Shown here: positions 51,140 through 60,103 of the stretch, piece after piece
Layout: every line of letters begins with the position of its first letter
How positions within the stretch are numbered: position 1 is the first letter of the stretch
Program-made: the position numbers and the translations under genes
The notes under the pieces: generated by a model
The model's database searches: none
What the model saw: the letters and a program-made list of their open reading frames with translations, nothing else
Told to the model about the DNA's origin: nothing
DNA from: Chloroflexota bacterium
GTDB lineage: Bacteria; Chloroflexota; UBA11872; VXOZ01
Direction of reading: 5' to 3'
DNA: 64,000 bases
Assembly: GCA_963662335.2 (NCBI GenBank)
Contig: CAXXVD010000002.1
Span: forward strand, 1-64,000

Positions 51140-51835
51140 ATGGCTCTGGCCGCCATCATCGTCGGCGCGGGACGCAGCCGCCGCATGGCGGGGCAGGACA
51201 AGCTCTACGCGCCGCTCGCTGCCGATGGACGGCCGGTGATTGCCGCGACCGTGGCGGTCTTTGAGGCGGCAGCGGCGGTCGCTGCCATCGTCCTCGTCGT
51301 TGCCCCGGAGCGGGTCGCCTACTGCCAGGAACTCGCTCAGAAGCGCGGTTGGCGCAAGATGCGCGCTGTCTGCGCGGGCGGGGCCAGCCGGGGCCACTCG
51401 GTGGCGCGCGGTTTGCAGGCGCTGCAAGACACGTCGGCCGCTTACGTGGCCGTGCACGACGCGGCCCGTCCCTTTGTGACGCCGGCGCTGATCGCCCGCG
51501 TGCTCAGCGCGGCGCAACAACACGGCGCGGCCGTCCCCGGTGTGCCCTGCGCCGATACCATCCGGCGGGTTGACGGCAACGAACGCGCGCTGGAGACGCT
51601 GCCGCGCGACGCCTTGCGCGCGATACAGACGCCCCAGGTCTTCAGCCGCCCGCTGCTGGAGCGCGCCTACGCCGCGCAAGCGGCGAATCTGGATTCGTTT
51701 ACCGACGACGCGGCGGTTGTCGAGGCCGCCGGCGCGCCCGTCTTCGTCGTGCCGGGGGACTATGGTAACATGAAGCTGACCACGCCCCGGGACTTGGCAT
51801 TCGCCCAGTGGCTGGCGCGGAACGTGTCCGCATGA
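51140..51835 (+). CDS. ispD: 2-C-methyl-D-erythritol 4-phosphate cytidylyltransferase
   Basis: AGRSRRM..K, VHDAARP, QTPQVF, TDD, NMKLTTPRDL. Confidence 0.94.
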   Translation: MALAAIIVGAGRSRRMAGQDKLYAPLAADGRPVIAATVAVFEAAAAVAAIVLVVAPERVAYCQELAQKRGWRKMRAVCAGGASRGHSVARGLQALQDTSAAYVAVHDAARPFVTPALIARVLSAAQQHGAAVPGVPCADTIRRVDGNERALETLPRDALRAIQTPQVFSRPLLERAYAAQAANLDSFTDDAAVVEAAGAPVFVVPGDYGNMKLTTPRDLAFAQWLARNVSA

Positions 51836-51864
51836 CGTGAACACACGGAGCAAAGCTAAAGGAG

Positions 51865-52410
51865 ATGGAAGCGGGCGCTCACGAGCGGAAACTGCCCGCA
51901 CTGCGCGTCGGCAGCGGCTACGACGTGCACCGTCTCGTTCCCGGTCGCCCGCTGGTGCTTGGGGGTGTGCGCATCCCGCATGAACAGGGTCTCGCCGGCC
52001 ACTCGGACGCCGACGTGTTGGCCCACGCCATCATGGACGCGCTGCTCGGCGCGGCGGCGCTGCCGGACATCGGACAGCAGTTTCCGCCCGGCGACCCGCG
52101 CTACGCCGGCGCGAATAGCTTGCAATTATTGAACAACGTGCGTAAGCTACTGGCTGAACGGCAGTGGCGCGTCGTCAACGTAGACAGTACAATCGCGGCG
52201 CAAGCGCCGCGGCTGGCGGACTACATACCGGCCATGCGGGACAACGTTGCCCGCGCGTTGAAAGTGGAAAGCGTGAACGTAGGCATAAAAGCCACCACGA
52301 CCGAAGGACTGGACGCCATCGGCGCCGGCCGGGGCATCGCGGCGCACGCCGTGGCCCTGCTGGCGCATGACCCCTCGTTGCAAGACTGCGCGTGTATCAC
52401 GCCCCGCTAG
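51865..52410 (+). CDS. ispF: 2-C-methyl-D-erythritol 2,4-cyclodiphosphate synthase
   Basis: GYDVH, GHSDADVLAHA, DIGQQFP, KATTTEG. Confidence 0.95.
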   Translation: MEAGAHERKLPALRVGSGYDVHRLVPGRPLVLGGVRIPHEQGLAGHSDADVLAHAIMDALLGAAALPDIGQQFPPGDPRYAGANSLQLLNNVRKLLAERQWRVVNVDSTIAAQAPRLADYIPAMRDNVARALKVESVNVGIKATTTEGLDAIGAGRGIAAHAVALLAHDPSLQDCACITPR

Positions 52411-52515
52411 GGGCCTTTTTTGTGGCGCACGCCGGTTGTCCGCGGTCCGGCGCGCGCGAGTGACGACGGCGGCGCGCCGCGCCGCAACGCAGTGTTGAGA
52501 CGAGGGAAGCAACCT

Positions 52516-53205
52516 ATGAGCATACTCCATACGCTGCGGCAGGACATCGACGCAGCGCTGGAACGCGACCCTGCCGCCCGCAACGTAATCGAAATCGTCT
52601 TGGCCTATCCGGGCGTGCACGCCATCTGGTTCTACCGCCTTACGCGCGCCCTGTGGCAGGCGGGCGTGCCGGTCCTGCCCCGCGTGCTCTCCCATTTTGC
52701 CCGCTTTCTCACCGGCATCGAGATTCACCCGGGCGCGCGGCTGGGCCCGGGCCTCTTCATCGACCACGGCATGGGTGTGGTGATTGGCGAGACCGCGGAA
52801 GTGGGCCGCAACGTGACGCTCTACCAGGGTGTGACCCTGGGCGCGCAGACGCTGCACACCGGCAAGCGCCATCCCACCTTGTGCGACAACGTGGTCGTCG
52901 GCGCGGGCGGCAAGATCCTGGGGCCGGTGACGGTCGGCGAGGGGTGCGTCATTGGGGCCGGGGCCGTGGTTGTCAACGATGTGCCGCCCCACGCCACCGT
53001 GGTGGGCGTGCCGGGCCACGTGGTCGCCATGCGCGACCCGCACACCGGCGAAAGCGCGCGCGTGGTGCAGCCGGACCCCATGGCGGAAGCGCTCTACGCC
53101 TTGCAGAAGCGCGTCGTAGACTTGGAAGCGCGGTTGGCCCGCTTCGAGAATGAAGAACCGCCGCCGCAGCGCGAGGAGATGCTGGAGAAGTGCCGTGACG
53201 CTTAG
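52516..53205 (+). CDS. cysE: Serine O-acetyltransferase
   Basis: [27 protein letters not shown]. Confidence 0.95.
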   Translation: MSILHTLRQDIDAALERDPAARNVIEIVLAYPGVHAIWFYRLTRALWQAGVPVLPRVLSHFARFLTGIEIHPGARLGPGLFIDHGMGVVIGETAEVGRNVTLYQGVTLGAQTLHTGKRHPTLCDNVVVGAGGKILGPVTVGEGCVIGAGAVVVNDVPPHATVVGVPGHVVAMRDPHTGESARVVQPDPMAEALYALQKRVVDLEARLARFENEEPPPQREEMLEKCRDA

Positions 53206-54643
53206 TATTTCCAATACCCTTGGCGGCCAACGAGAGCCGTTCACGCCCCTGGACGGCAAGCGCGTCAAGATGTACGTCTGTGGCATGACGCCCAAGCGCG
53301 AACCGCACATTGGCCACGCCCGCCTCTTCGTCGCCATGGACATGATCCGCCGATACCTCTCCTACCGCGGCTACGAAGTCCACCACGTGCAGAACATCAC
53401 CGACGTGGACGATAAGATCATCGATGCGGCGGAACGCGAGGGCGTGACGCCGGCTGAAGTGGCGCAGATGTACACCGACGCCTACGACGCGGTGATGGGC
53501 AACCTGAACGTCCTGCGCGCGCACGAAGTGCCCAAGGTTACCGAGACCCTGCCGCAGATCATTGCGATGATCGAAGGCTTGATCGAAAAAGGCGCGGCGT
53601 ACGCGGCGGCAGAGGCGGTCTACTTCTCGGTGCCGCGTTTCGCCGCCTACGGCGCGCTCTCCACCCGCACCGAGGAGAGCGGCGTCCAAGCCGGGGCCTC
53701 CGGGCGCGTGGACGATGAGCCGGGCAAGCGCGACCCCCGCGACTTCGCCCTCTGGAAACCGGCCAAGCCGGGTGAACCCTGGTGGCAAAGCCCCTGGGGG
53801 CAGGGACGCCCCGGCTGGCACATCGAGTGCAGCACGATGATCTACGAGACGCTGGGCGCGCAGATCGACATTCACGGCGGCGGCGCCGACCTCATCTTTC
53901 CCCACCATGAGAACGAGATCGCCCAGAGCGAGGCCTTTACGGGCAAACGTCCCTTCACGAAATACTGGCTGCACACCGGCCTGCTGACCATCGACGGCCA
54001 GAAGATGGCCCATTCCCTGGGCAACTTCATCACGATCGAAGACATTCTGGAAGAATACAGCGGCCCGGCGCTGCGGCTCTACCTGCTCTCCGTGCACTAC
54101 CGCTCACCCCTGACCTACACACCGGAGAGTCTGGAACAGGCGCGGGCGGGCCTGGCGCGGCTGACCGGCGCGCTGCGGGTAGAAGCGGACGGCGACGCCA
54201 GGGAGGCAGATCAAGACCGGGTCGGCGACGCCATAGATGAGAGCGCGGACGCCGTACTCGCGCACGCGGCCTACCAGGCGGAAACCGGCTTCTTCAGCGC
54301 CATGGATAGCGACTTCAATTCGGCCGGCGCGCTCGGCCACCTCTACCAACTGGTGCGCGAAATCAACCGCGTGGGGCCGGCCGCCGAGCCGGAGATTCTG
54401 TATCAGGCCCAGCAAACGTTGGTACGCCTGGCCGACGTCCTGGGCATCGACCTGCAAGAGACGCTGGAAGAGGAGATGCAAACCGACGCCGCCGAGTTCA
54501 TCGATCTGCTCGTGGAACTGCGCGCCGACCTGCGCCAGGAGAAGCAGTTCGCGCTGGCGGACAAGGTGCGCGATCAGTTGGCGGCGCTCGGCATTGCCCT
54601 GGAGGATTCGCCCGGCGGCACGGTCTGGCGGCGGAAGGCGTAG
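53195..54643 (+). CDS. cysS: Cysteine--tRNA ligase
   Basis: [45 protein letters not shown]; KMAHS in place of KMSKS. Confidence 0.95.
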   Translation: MTLSISNTLGGQREPFTPLDGKRVKMYVCGMTPKREPHIGHARLFVAMDMIRRYLSYRGYEVHHVQNITDVDDKIIDAAEREGVTPAEVAQMYTDAYDAVMGNLNVLRAHEVPKVTETLPQIIAMIEGLIEKGAAYAAAEAVYFSVPRFAAYGALSTRTEESGVQAGASGRVDDEPGKRDPRDFALWKPAKPGEPWWQSPWGQGRPGWHIECSTMIYETLGAQIDIHGGGADLIFPHHENEIAQSEAFTGKRPFTKYWLHTGLLTIDGQKMAHSLGNFITIEDILEEYSGPALRLYLLSVHYRSPLTYTPESLEQARAGLARLTGALRVEADGDAREADQDRVGDAIDESADAVLAHAAYQAETGFFSAMDSDFNSAGALGHLYQLVREINRVGPAAEPEILYQAQQTLVRLADVLGIDLQETLEEEMQTDAAEFIDLLVELRADLRQEKQFALADKVRDQLAALGIALEDSPGGTVWRRKA

Positions 54644-54713
54644 CCGGTGGTCAACCCCTCTCCCTGGGAGAAGGGGCAATGTAGAGAACCCCCGTAGTGC
54701 AATGAACCCCGGC

Positions 54714-54741
54714 GTAGGGGCACAACATGTTGTGCCCCTAC
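54714..54741. repeat. Perfect 28-bp REP-like palindrome
   Basis: GTAGGGGCACAACATGTTGTGCCCCTAC; variants at 33004 and 58556. Confidence 0.85.
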
Positions 54742-54918
54742 GCCGTTTGGCGCGCTGTGCTCCGGCCGCGGGCAGCGGCGATGAATGGCGATGCCGCTCA
54801 CGCTTCGACAGGCTCAGCGCGATCGGCATCCGCTCGGCGACGAGCTTTGCGCGAACAGCATCCGCCCGCTTACAGATTCAACACGAACCGCGTCCACCTA
54901 TGGACGGCCTTCAGGCGG

Positions 54919-56418
54919 CTACTCTTCATCGAATATCCCTTCCAGACCCTCCCCAAAGATCTGCGCCTCCTCGTCGTACGTCGCAAAGGGATCCGGCATC
55001 TCCAGCACGCGGCCGCGCACGGCAATGGCTTTCCAATCCAGCACGTAGGGGATCACGTCCCAGCTTTCGTTCGCGGCCACGTCCTGCCAGTCATCAACGT
55101 AGTCATAGGCCAGGAAAAAATACCGGCGGTCCCACATCAGGTTTTCCAGGTTCGTGCGCAGGTCTTGCCAGGGGATGGCCGTATCCGCGCCCGCGTCGGC
55201 AAGGGCGCGCAGGGCGGCGCCGCGACCGTGGGCGCGGGTGTCGGGCGGCGCGTGCATTTCCGCCGTGTAGGCCGCGTCGCCCTCTACCCAGTAGAGACCG
55301 CGCAGGCGTTTGGCAAGCACGTCGAAGAGGCTGACCGACGGGTCGATTTGGTGATAGGAGAGGTCGAGTTTGATCAAGTCCGGGTCGGTCCAGGCCTGGT
55401 CGGAACCGGCGTAGCGCTTGAGTTGCTCGTGCTTGGTCACCCAATCCAGGTAGCCGTCCAGCCGCGCCGGGTCGCGCTCCAGCTCGTCCAGCGCCCACGC
55501 CCAATTCTCCAGCGTCCAGACCGTATCCGCGTCGCGCCCGCCAAAGCGGCGTTCGGCCTCGCGCAGGTAGCGGCGCTGCACCTCTATGGCGGGGATGTAC
55601 TCATCATCCTCCGTACCCACCGTCCACTTGCCGCCGGTGGTGCCGGCGATGCGGCGCAGATCGCGCACCGGGTCGGCGAGCGCGAGTTGCGGGCTCCAGC
55701 CTTGCTCCAGCAGTTGGGCCACCAGCGCGGTGGCGCCGATCTTCAACGCGGTGGTGAACTCGGAACGATTCACGTCGCCGACGATCACGTGCAGCCGCCG
55801 GTACTCGCGTCCGGCCAGCGGCTCGTCGCGCAGGTTGATGATGGGCCGGCCGCCGAAACGCACCCGGTGGCTCACGTCCAGGGTGACGAACTGCGCCCGC
55901 TGCGAGAGCGCAAACGCGGCCGGCGTATCCTTGCCGCGCGGCAGCAGGCAGCCGGCGCCGGTGTAGAGCTGGCGGGTGACGAGAAACGGCAACATGCCGT
56001 CCACCAGTTCGCGGTCGTAGGGGCTTTGGCGGATGCAGTAGTTCTCGTGGTAGCCGAAGGTGTGGCCGAAGTAGTCGGTGTTGTTCTTGACGAAGTAGGC
56101 CTGGGACTCAAGCCCGGCGGTGCGCACGGCTTCGTTGATGATGGCTTCGCCGGCGCGTTCGTGGGCCACGATGTCCGTGAGCGTGCGGCACTCGGCGGTG
56201 GCGTGCTCCAGGTGGCCGAGGTCGAGGTACATGCGCCCGCCGTTGAAGAGGAAGCCGCCGTTGCCCGGCGCTTCCCCCCATTCCCGGGGCGGCGGGTCGA
56301 TCAGGCCGTGGCGGCAGCCGCGGAAGATGGCGTCCTTTACCAACACCGCCGCCCGCACGGGCTGCACGCTGCCCACGCAGCCGTATTCGATCTCGGTGCC
56401 GAACAGTGCGTCATCCAT
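54919..56418 (-). CDS. pafA: Pup/UBact-type protein ligase (PafA family)
   Basis: FGTEIEYG, GNGGFLFNGGRMYLD..H.E.ATAEC, KNNTD, GYHENY, SQRA, RPIINLRDEP, YRRLHVIVGD, DLSYH, PPDTRA, DW, MPDPF. Confidence 0.9.
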   Translation of the reverse strand: MDDALFGTEIEYGCVGSVQPVRAAVLVKDAIFRGCRHGLIDPPPREWGEAPGNGGFLFNGGRMYLDLGHLEHATAECRTLTDIVAHERAGEAIINEAVRTAGLESQAYFVKNNTDYFGHTFGYHENYCIRQSPYDRELVDGMLPFLVTRQLYTGAGCLLPRGKDTPAAFALSQRAQFVTLDVSHRVRFGGRPIINLRDEPLAGREYRRLHVIVGDVNRSEFTTALKIGATALVAQLLEQGWSPQLALADPVRDLRRIAGTTGGKWTVGTEDDEYIPAIEVQRRYLREAERRFGGRDADTVWTLENWAWALDELERDPARLDGYLDWVTKHEQLKRYAGSDQAWTDPDLIKLDLSYHQIDPSVSLFDVLAKRLRGLYWVEGDAAYTAEMHAPPDTRAHGRGAALRALADAGADTAIPWQDLRTNLENLMWDRRYFFLAYDYVDDWQDVAANESWDVIPYVLDWKAIAVRGRVLEMPDPFATYDEEAQIFGEGLEGIFDEE

Positions 56419-56442
56419 GGCTGCCCTACCCAGGAAGCGCGC

Positions 56443-56652
56443 CTACTCGCCGCCGGGCTGCGGCGTGGGATCGGGCACTTCGCGAATGATGCGCCGGATC
56501 TCCTCGTCCAGATCGTCGGTCTCGGTCTTTTCCGGCGCTTCCGTGGGCGTTTTCGTCGGCGCTTCCGTGCCCGCCCGCGCCGGACGCAGACCGCGCCCCG
56601 CCGCGCCGGCGGCGGGTTCCGTCCGCGCTTCGTTTCCAGCATACCACGTCAC
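56443..56652 (-). CDS. Small Pup/UBact-like protein modifier ending in GGE (69 aa)
   Basis: AAAGGAGG RBS and a GTG start overlapping the dop stop (GTGA). Sequence: MTWYAGNEARTEPAAGAAGRGLRPARAGTEAPTKTPTEAPEKTETDDLDEEIRRIIREVPDPTPQPGGE. Confidence 0.82.
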   Translation of the reverse strand: MTWYAGNEARTEPAAGAAGRGLRPARAGTEAPTKTPTEAPEKTETDDLDEEIRRIIREVPDPTPQPGGE

Positions 56653-58208
56653 GTGCCGCCTCCTTTGTGCGTTAACCGGTGGAGTTCCTCGATCGTCTGA
56701 CACGCATCCACCATAGCCTGTTGCCGCGCCACCGTCTCGCCCCAGAGTTCGGGCAGGGCGAGGGTGAAGGACGCGCCGTTGTGTTGGAACGTAATCGACC
56801 CCCACTCCATGGCGCTGACGTGGGGCGCGAACTTGGCGAGACAGGCCGCGCGCACGCCGGCGCGGGTGTCCGCCGGCGCGGTGGTCTCGGCCCGCTCGAC
56901 GTCGTCGTCCGTGACGATACGCCGCATCCGCCCCGCGCGCGCGAGCATGTGGTAGAGGCTCACCGCCGGGTCTACCAGGTGGTAGGCCACGTCCAGCCGC
57001 AGCGCCGCCGGGTCGTCCCAATCGATGCGCTCCCCGCCGCCGATCTGGGCGAAGAGCGCCAGCTTGGCCGCCCAGTCCACGCGGTCGCGCAGTTTTGCCG
57101 CCGCGTTCGCCTCCAGCAGGTCCAGCGCCGCGCCCCACTCGTCCAGCACCCAATCGGTCTCGGCGTCGCGGCCGCGGTAGCGCAAGGCGGCTTCCCAGTA
57201 ATGGCGCTGCACGTCCACGGCGCGGACAGTCGTGCCGTCGGCCAGCGCCAGCGGCCGCGTGCATTCCAGATCGCGGGAGACCGTGCGCAGCGCGTGCACC
57301 GGGTGTTGCAGTTGCAAACGCGGGGCCGCGCCTTCCTCCACCAGGTCGAGCATCAAGGCCGTGGCCCCCACGCGCAGGGCCGTGGCGAACTCGCTGCAAT
57401 TGGCGTCGCCGATGATCACGTGCAGACGGCGGTACTTCTGCGCGTTGGCGTGGGGCTCGTCGCGGGTGTTGAAGATCGGGCGCTGGGTGGTGGTATTGAT
57501 GCCTACCTCGGTCTCGAAGAAGTCCGCCCGTTGACTGATCTGAAAACCGCCCTGGCGCCCGTTTCTCGTCTCATGCGTGGAGTGCGCTTCATAGGCAGAC
57601 TGGCTTTCGTGCGCCGCCTTGCCCGCGCCGGCGTAGATTTGGCGGGTGACGAAGAACGGGATGCAGGCGCCGATCAGGTCGTCCAGCGGCACGGCGCGGC
57701 TGACGAGATAGTTCTCGTGGCAGCCGTAACTGCGCCCGTGATAGTCAGTGTTGTTCTTGACCAGGCGCACCCGGTCGGGCTGGCCGGTGGCGGCGTTGCG
57801 CGCCTGCTGCGCCCGCCAGACCACGCGCTCGCCGGCCTTGTCGTGGGCCACCAGGTCGCGGAGGGAGAGGCAGGCGTCCGTGCAGTATTCCGGGTGGTTG
57901 TGGTCGTTGTAGAAGCGCGCGCCGTTGGCCAGCACGGTGTCGGCCAGGAGTTCCTGCCGGCTGAGGCGCTGGCTCTTGGCGGTGTTCTCCGTGCGCAGGT
58001 CGTGCGGGTCTTGATCCAGGCGCGCGACCCGCGTGCCGCGCAAGTCCAGCCGCGGGTCCTCGGCGGCGTAGTCCCAGCCGCGAAAGTTTTGCCCCGCCAG
58101 CGGCGCGCTGCGCACGAGCATCGCGGCCTCGTAGGCAAAGTCCACCGCCTGCGCGCTGTTGGCGCAAATCATGCCGTACTCGGTTTCGATGCCTACGGGT
58201 CGATTCAT
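56649..58208 (-). CDS. dop: Depupylase/deamidase (Dop family)
   Basis: GIETEYG, WDYAAEDPRLDLRG Dop loop, VLANGARFYNDHNHPEY, KNNTD..G.SYGCHENY, FQISQRADFFE, NTRDEPHA, YRRLHVIIGDAN. Confidence 0.9.
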   Translation of the reverse strand: MNRPVGIETEYGMICANSAQAVDFAYEAAMLVRSAPLAGQNFRGWDYAAEDPRLDLRGTRVARLDQDPHDLRTENTAKSQRLSRQELLADTVLANGARFYNDHNHPEYCTDACLSLRDLVAHDKAGERVVWRAQQARNAATGQPDRVRLVKNNTDYHGRSYGCHENYLVSRAVPLDDLIGACIPFFVTRQIYAGAGKAAHESQSAYEAHSTHETRNGRQGGFQISQRADFFETEVGINTTTQRPIFNTRDEPHANAQKYRRLHVIIGDANCSEFATALRVGATALMLDLVEEGAAPRLQLQHPVHALRTVSRDLECTRPLALADGTTVRAVDVQRHYWEAALRYRGRDAETDWVLDEWGAALDLLEANAAAKLRDRVDWAAKLALFAQIGGGERIDWDDPAALRLDVAYHLVDPAVSLYHMLARAGRMRRIVTDDDVERAETTAPADTRAGVRAACLAKFAPHVSAMEWGSITFQHNGASFTLALPELWGETVARQQAMVDACQTIEELHRLTHKGGGT

Positions 58209-58262
58209 CGTTACCTCGCGGTACCGCGTTACCTCACGGTACCGCATTGCCTCGCGGTACCA
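58209..58262. repeat. Three tandem 18-bp units abutting the dop start
   Basis: CGTTACCTCGCGGTACCG / CGTTACCTCACGGTACCG / CATTGCCTCGCGGTACCA. Confidence 0.85.
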
Positions 58263-58661
58263 GCCGAACTACACGAGGGCCTCCGTCATTCCCGCGCACG
58301 CGGGAATCTATCTTCGCCTTGATTGCGGAAACCCACCTTGGCCGCGCAAGCGGGATTCCACCTTTGCCGCGTTCCCGATGGATTCCCGCGTGCGCGGGAA
58401 TGACGGTCCGAAGTCGCCCCCCACTCTCAATTACACATGCGGCCTCGCCCATACTTGGGCGGCCTCGCGGAGCTTTGGCGAATCCGCCTACGCAGCGCTA
58501 TTTTCTAGTATAGCAAGCCGCAGCGCCGTTGGGTCCCCGCGCGCGGCGACACTGCGTAGGGGCACGACATGTCGTGCCCCTACGCGTTGGACTCCAGCGC
58601 GCGCGGGCGATACGCTAGAGGGCGCGCTTCCGTGACGGTAGGCGAACCGGGAGACAACGGC

Positions 58662-59633
58662 ATGACCCTGCGCGAACTCTACGAAACGGCCATCGAAATC
58701 GGCCGCGAGGTTGATCCTCGTGGGCGCGCGGCGCTCGACCGGCAGCTTGAAGCGCGGCGGCGGGAATTCGCCACGCTGCCGGCGTGGCGCACACCCTACT
58801 ACGACCGCGAGCGCTTCACCAATCCCTACGGCGACGTGCGCATCGTGAACGGCCCGGCGGACACCGAACTCGATACCATATTGCTGGGCATAAACATCTG
58901 GACCCAGGAACTCCTGCTGGCAGACCACCTGCGGGGCAACGGCACGCGGGTCGACGCGGTGATTTCCCACCATACCAACGGCATCGGCGTGCCGACGGAC
59001 ACCCTCATCTACGACTCGGTGCCCTATCTGGTGGACCTGCTCGCAAGCGCCGGCGTAGCCCGCGCCGACGCCGAACCGCATATCGACGCTATGATGACCG
59101 AACGCTGGCTCGCCGTCGAGGACGCCAACCGCATCGGCCGGGATACGGCAAAATTGCTTGGCTTTCCCCTGGCCTGCATCCATACACCGGCGGACTTTCA
59201 CCACGGCATCGGCGTGCGCGGCGCGATTGAGGCCGCCAACGCGCGGACGGTCGGCGACGTGGTGGAGGCGCTGCTGGCGCTGCCGGAGTTTCAAGGCGCG
59301 GCGCGCATTGGCGCCATCCCGCGCATCATGGCCGGCGACGCCGCCCAACCGGCCGGCCGCATCTTCCACCAGGACGGCGGCGGCTGGCTTTTTCCGGCGG
59401 ACGTGATGCCGTTGCTCAAAGATGCCGGCGTCGGCACGTTCGTCACCATCGGCTGTTCGCCCGCCCACCAACGAAAGGCTGAGGAACTCGGCATGAACTG
59501 GGTGCGCATGCCCCACGGCGCGTGCGACAACGTGGGCCTCAACCTACTGCTCGATAAGGTGGAACAGCGCCTGGGGCCGCTGAACGTGATCGCCTGCAAC
59601 TACTTCGAGCGGATCACGCGCAATGGCAACTGA
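58662..59633 (+). CDS. NIF3 (NGG1p-interacting factor 3)-like metal-binding protein
   Basis: MTLRELYE.AIEIG..DPRG, YDRERFTNPYGDVRI, ISHH, IHTPAD, PH..CDNVG.NL; family recalled from memory. Confidence 0.7.
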   Translation: MTLRELYETAIEIGREVDPRGRAALDRQLEARRREFATLPAWRTPYYDRERFTNPYGDVRIVNGPADTELDTILLGINIWTQELLLADHLRGNGTRVDAVISHHTNGIGVPTDTLIYDSVPYLVDLLASAGVARADAEPHIDAMMTERWLAVEDANRIGRDTAKLLGFPLACIHTPADFHHGIGVRGAIEAANARTVGDVVEALLALPEFQGAARIGAIPRIMAGDAAQPAGRIFHQDGGGWLFPADVMPLLKDAGVGTFVTIGCSPAHQRKAEELGMNWVRMPHGACDNVGLNLLLDKVEQRLGPLNVIACNYFERITRNGN

Positions 59634-60103
59634 ATCCGCCGTAGCGCGGCCTCTCCCCCTTTCTAAGCAGGCATGGGCAGTAGCGCGGGGGCTTGTCCCC
59701 CCGCTTCAGGCGCGGTGTTGCGCGATTGGGCTAACCCAATGCGCGCCAAAGATGGATGCCCGCGTTCGCGGCAATGACGGATGCTGGCGCGGCGGCTTGT
59801 CCCCCACTCTTGGGCAAGCGTTATGTCGCGCCTGCGGCCAACGAGGCCAATGAAAAGTCACCCCCACCCCGGCCCTCTCCCGCTGGGAGAGCTGACAGGG
59901 GTATGCAGATGTCATTCCGAGCGCAGCAAGGAATCTAAAGATGCTGACTTTGCAAGGCTGTGCTCGAGATTCCGCGAACAGGCTTCGACACTGCGCTGCG
60001 CTCCGTTCGGAACGACACGTGAAGTCGGTTATAGAATACATACCCCTATCAGCGCTGGGAGAGGGGGCAATCTGGGACAGCAACGTCACGCTAGGACTGA
60101 AAT

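Noticed and set aside
52380-52515. T-box leader upstream of cysE-cysS
   Set aside because: Only a short GCCCC/GGGGC hairpin with a T-tract; no TGGNACC T-box or stem I visible.
56337-56642. Alternative-frame 101-aa ORF (MLETKRG...) between dop and pafA
   Set aside because: Arg-rich shadow frame that overlaps pafA, with poorer RBS spacing than the GGE-ending frame.
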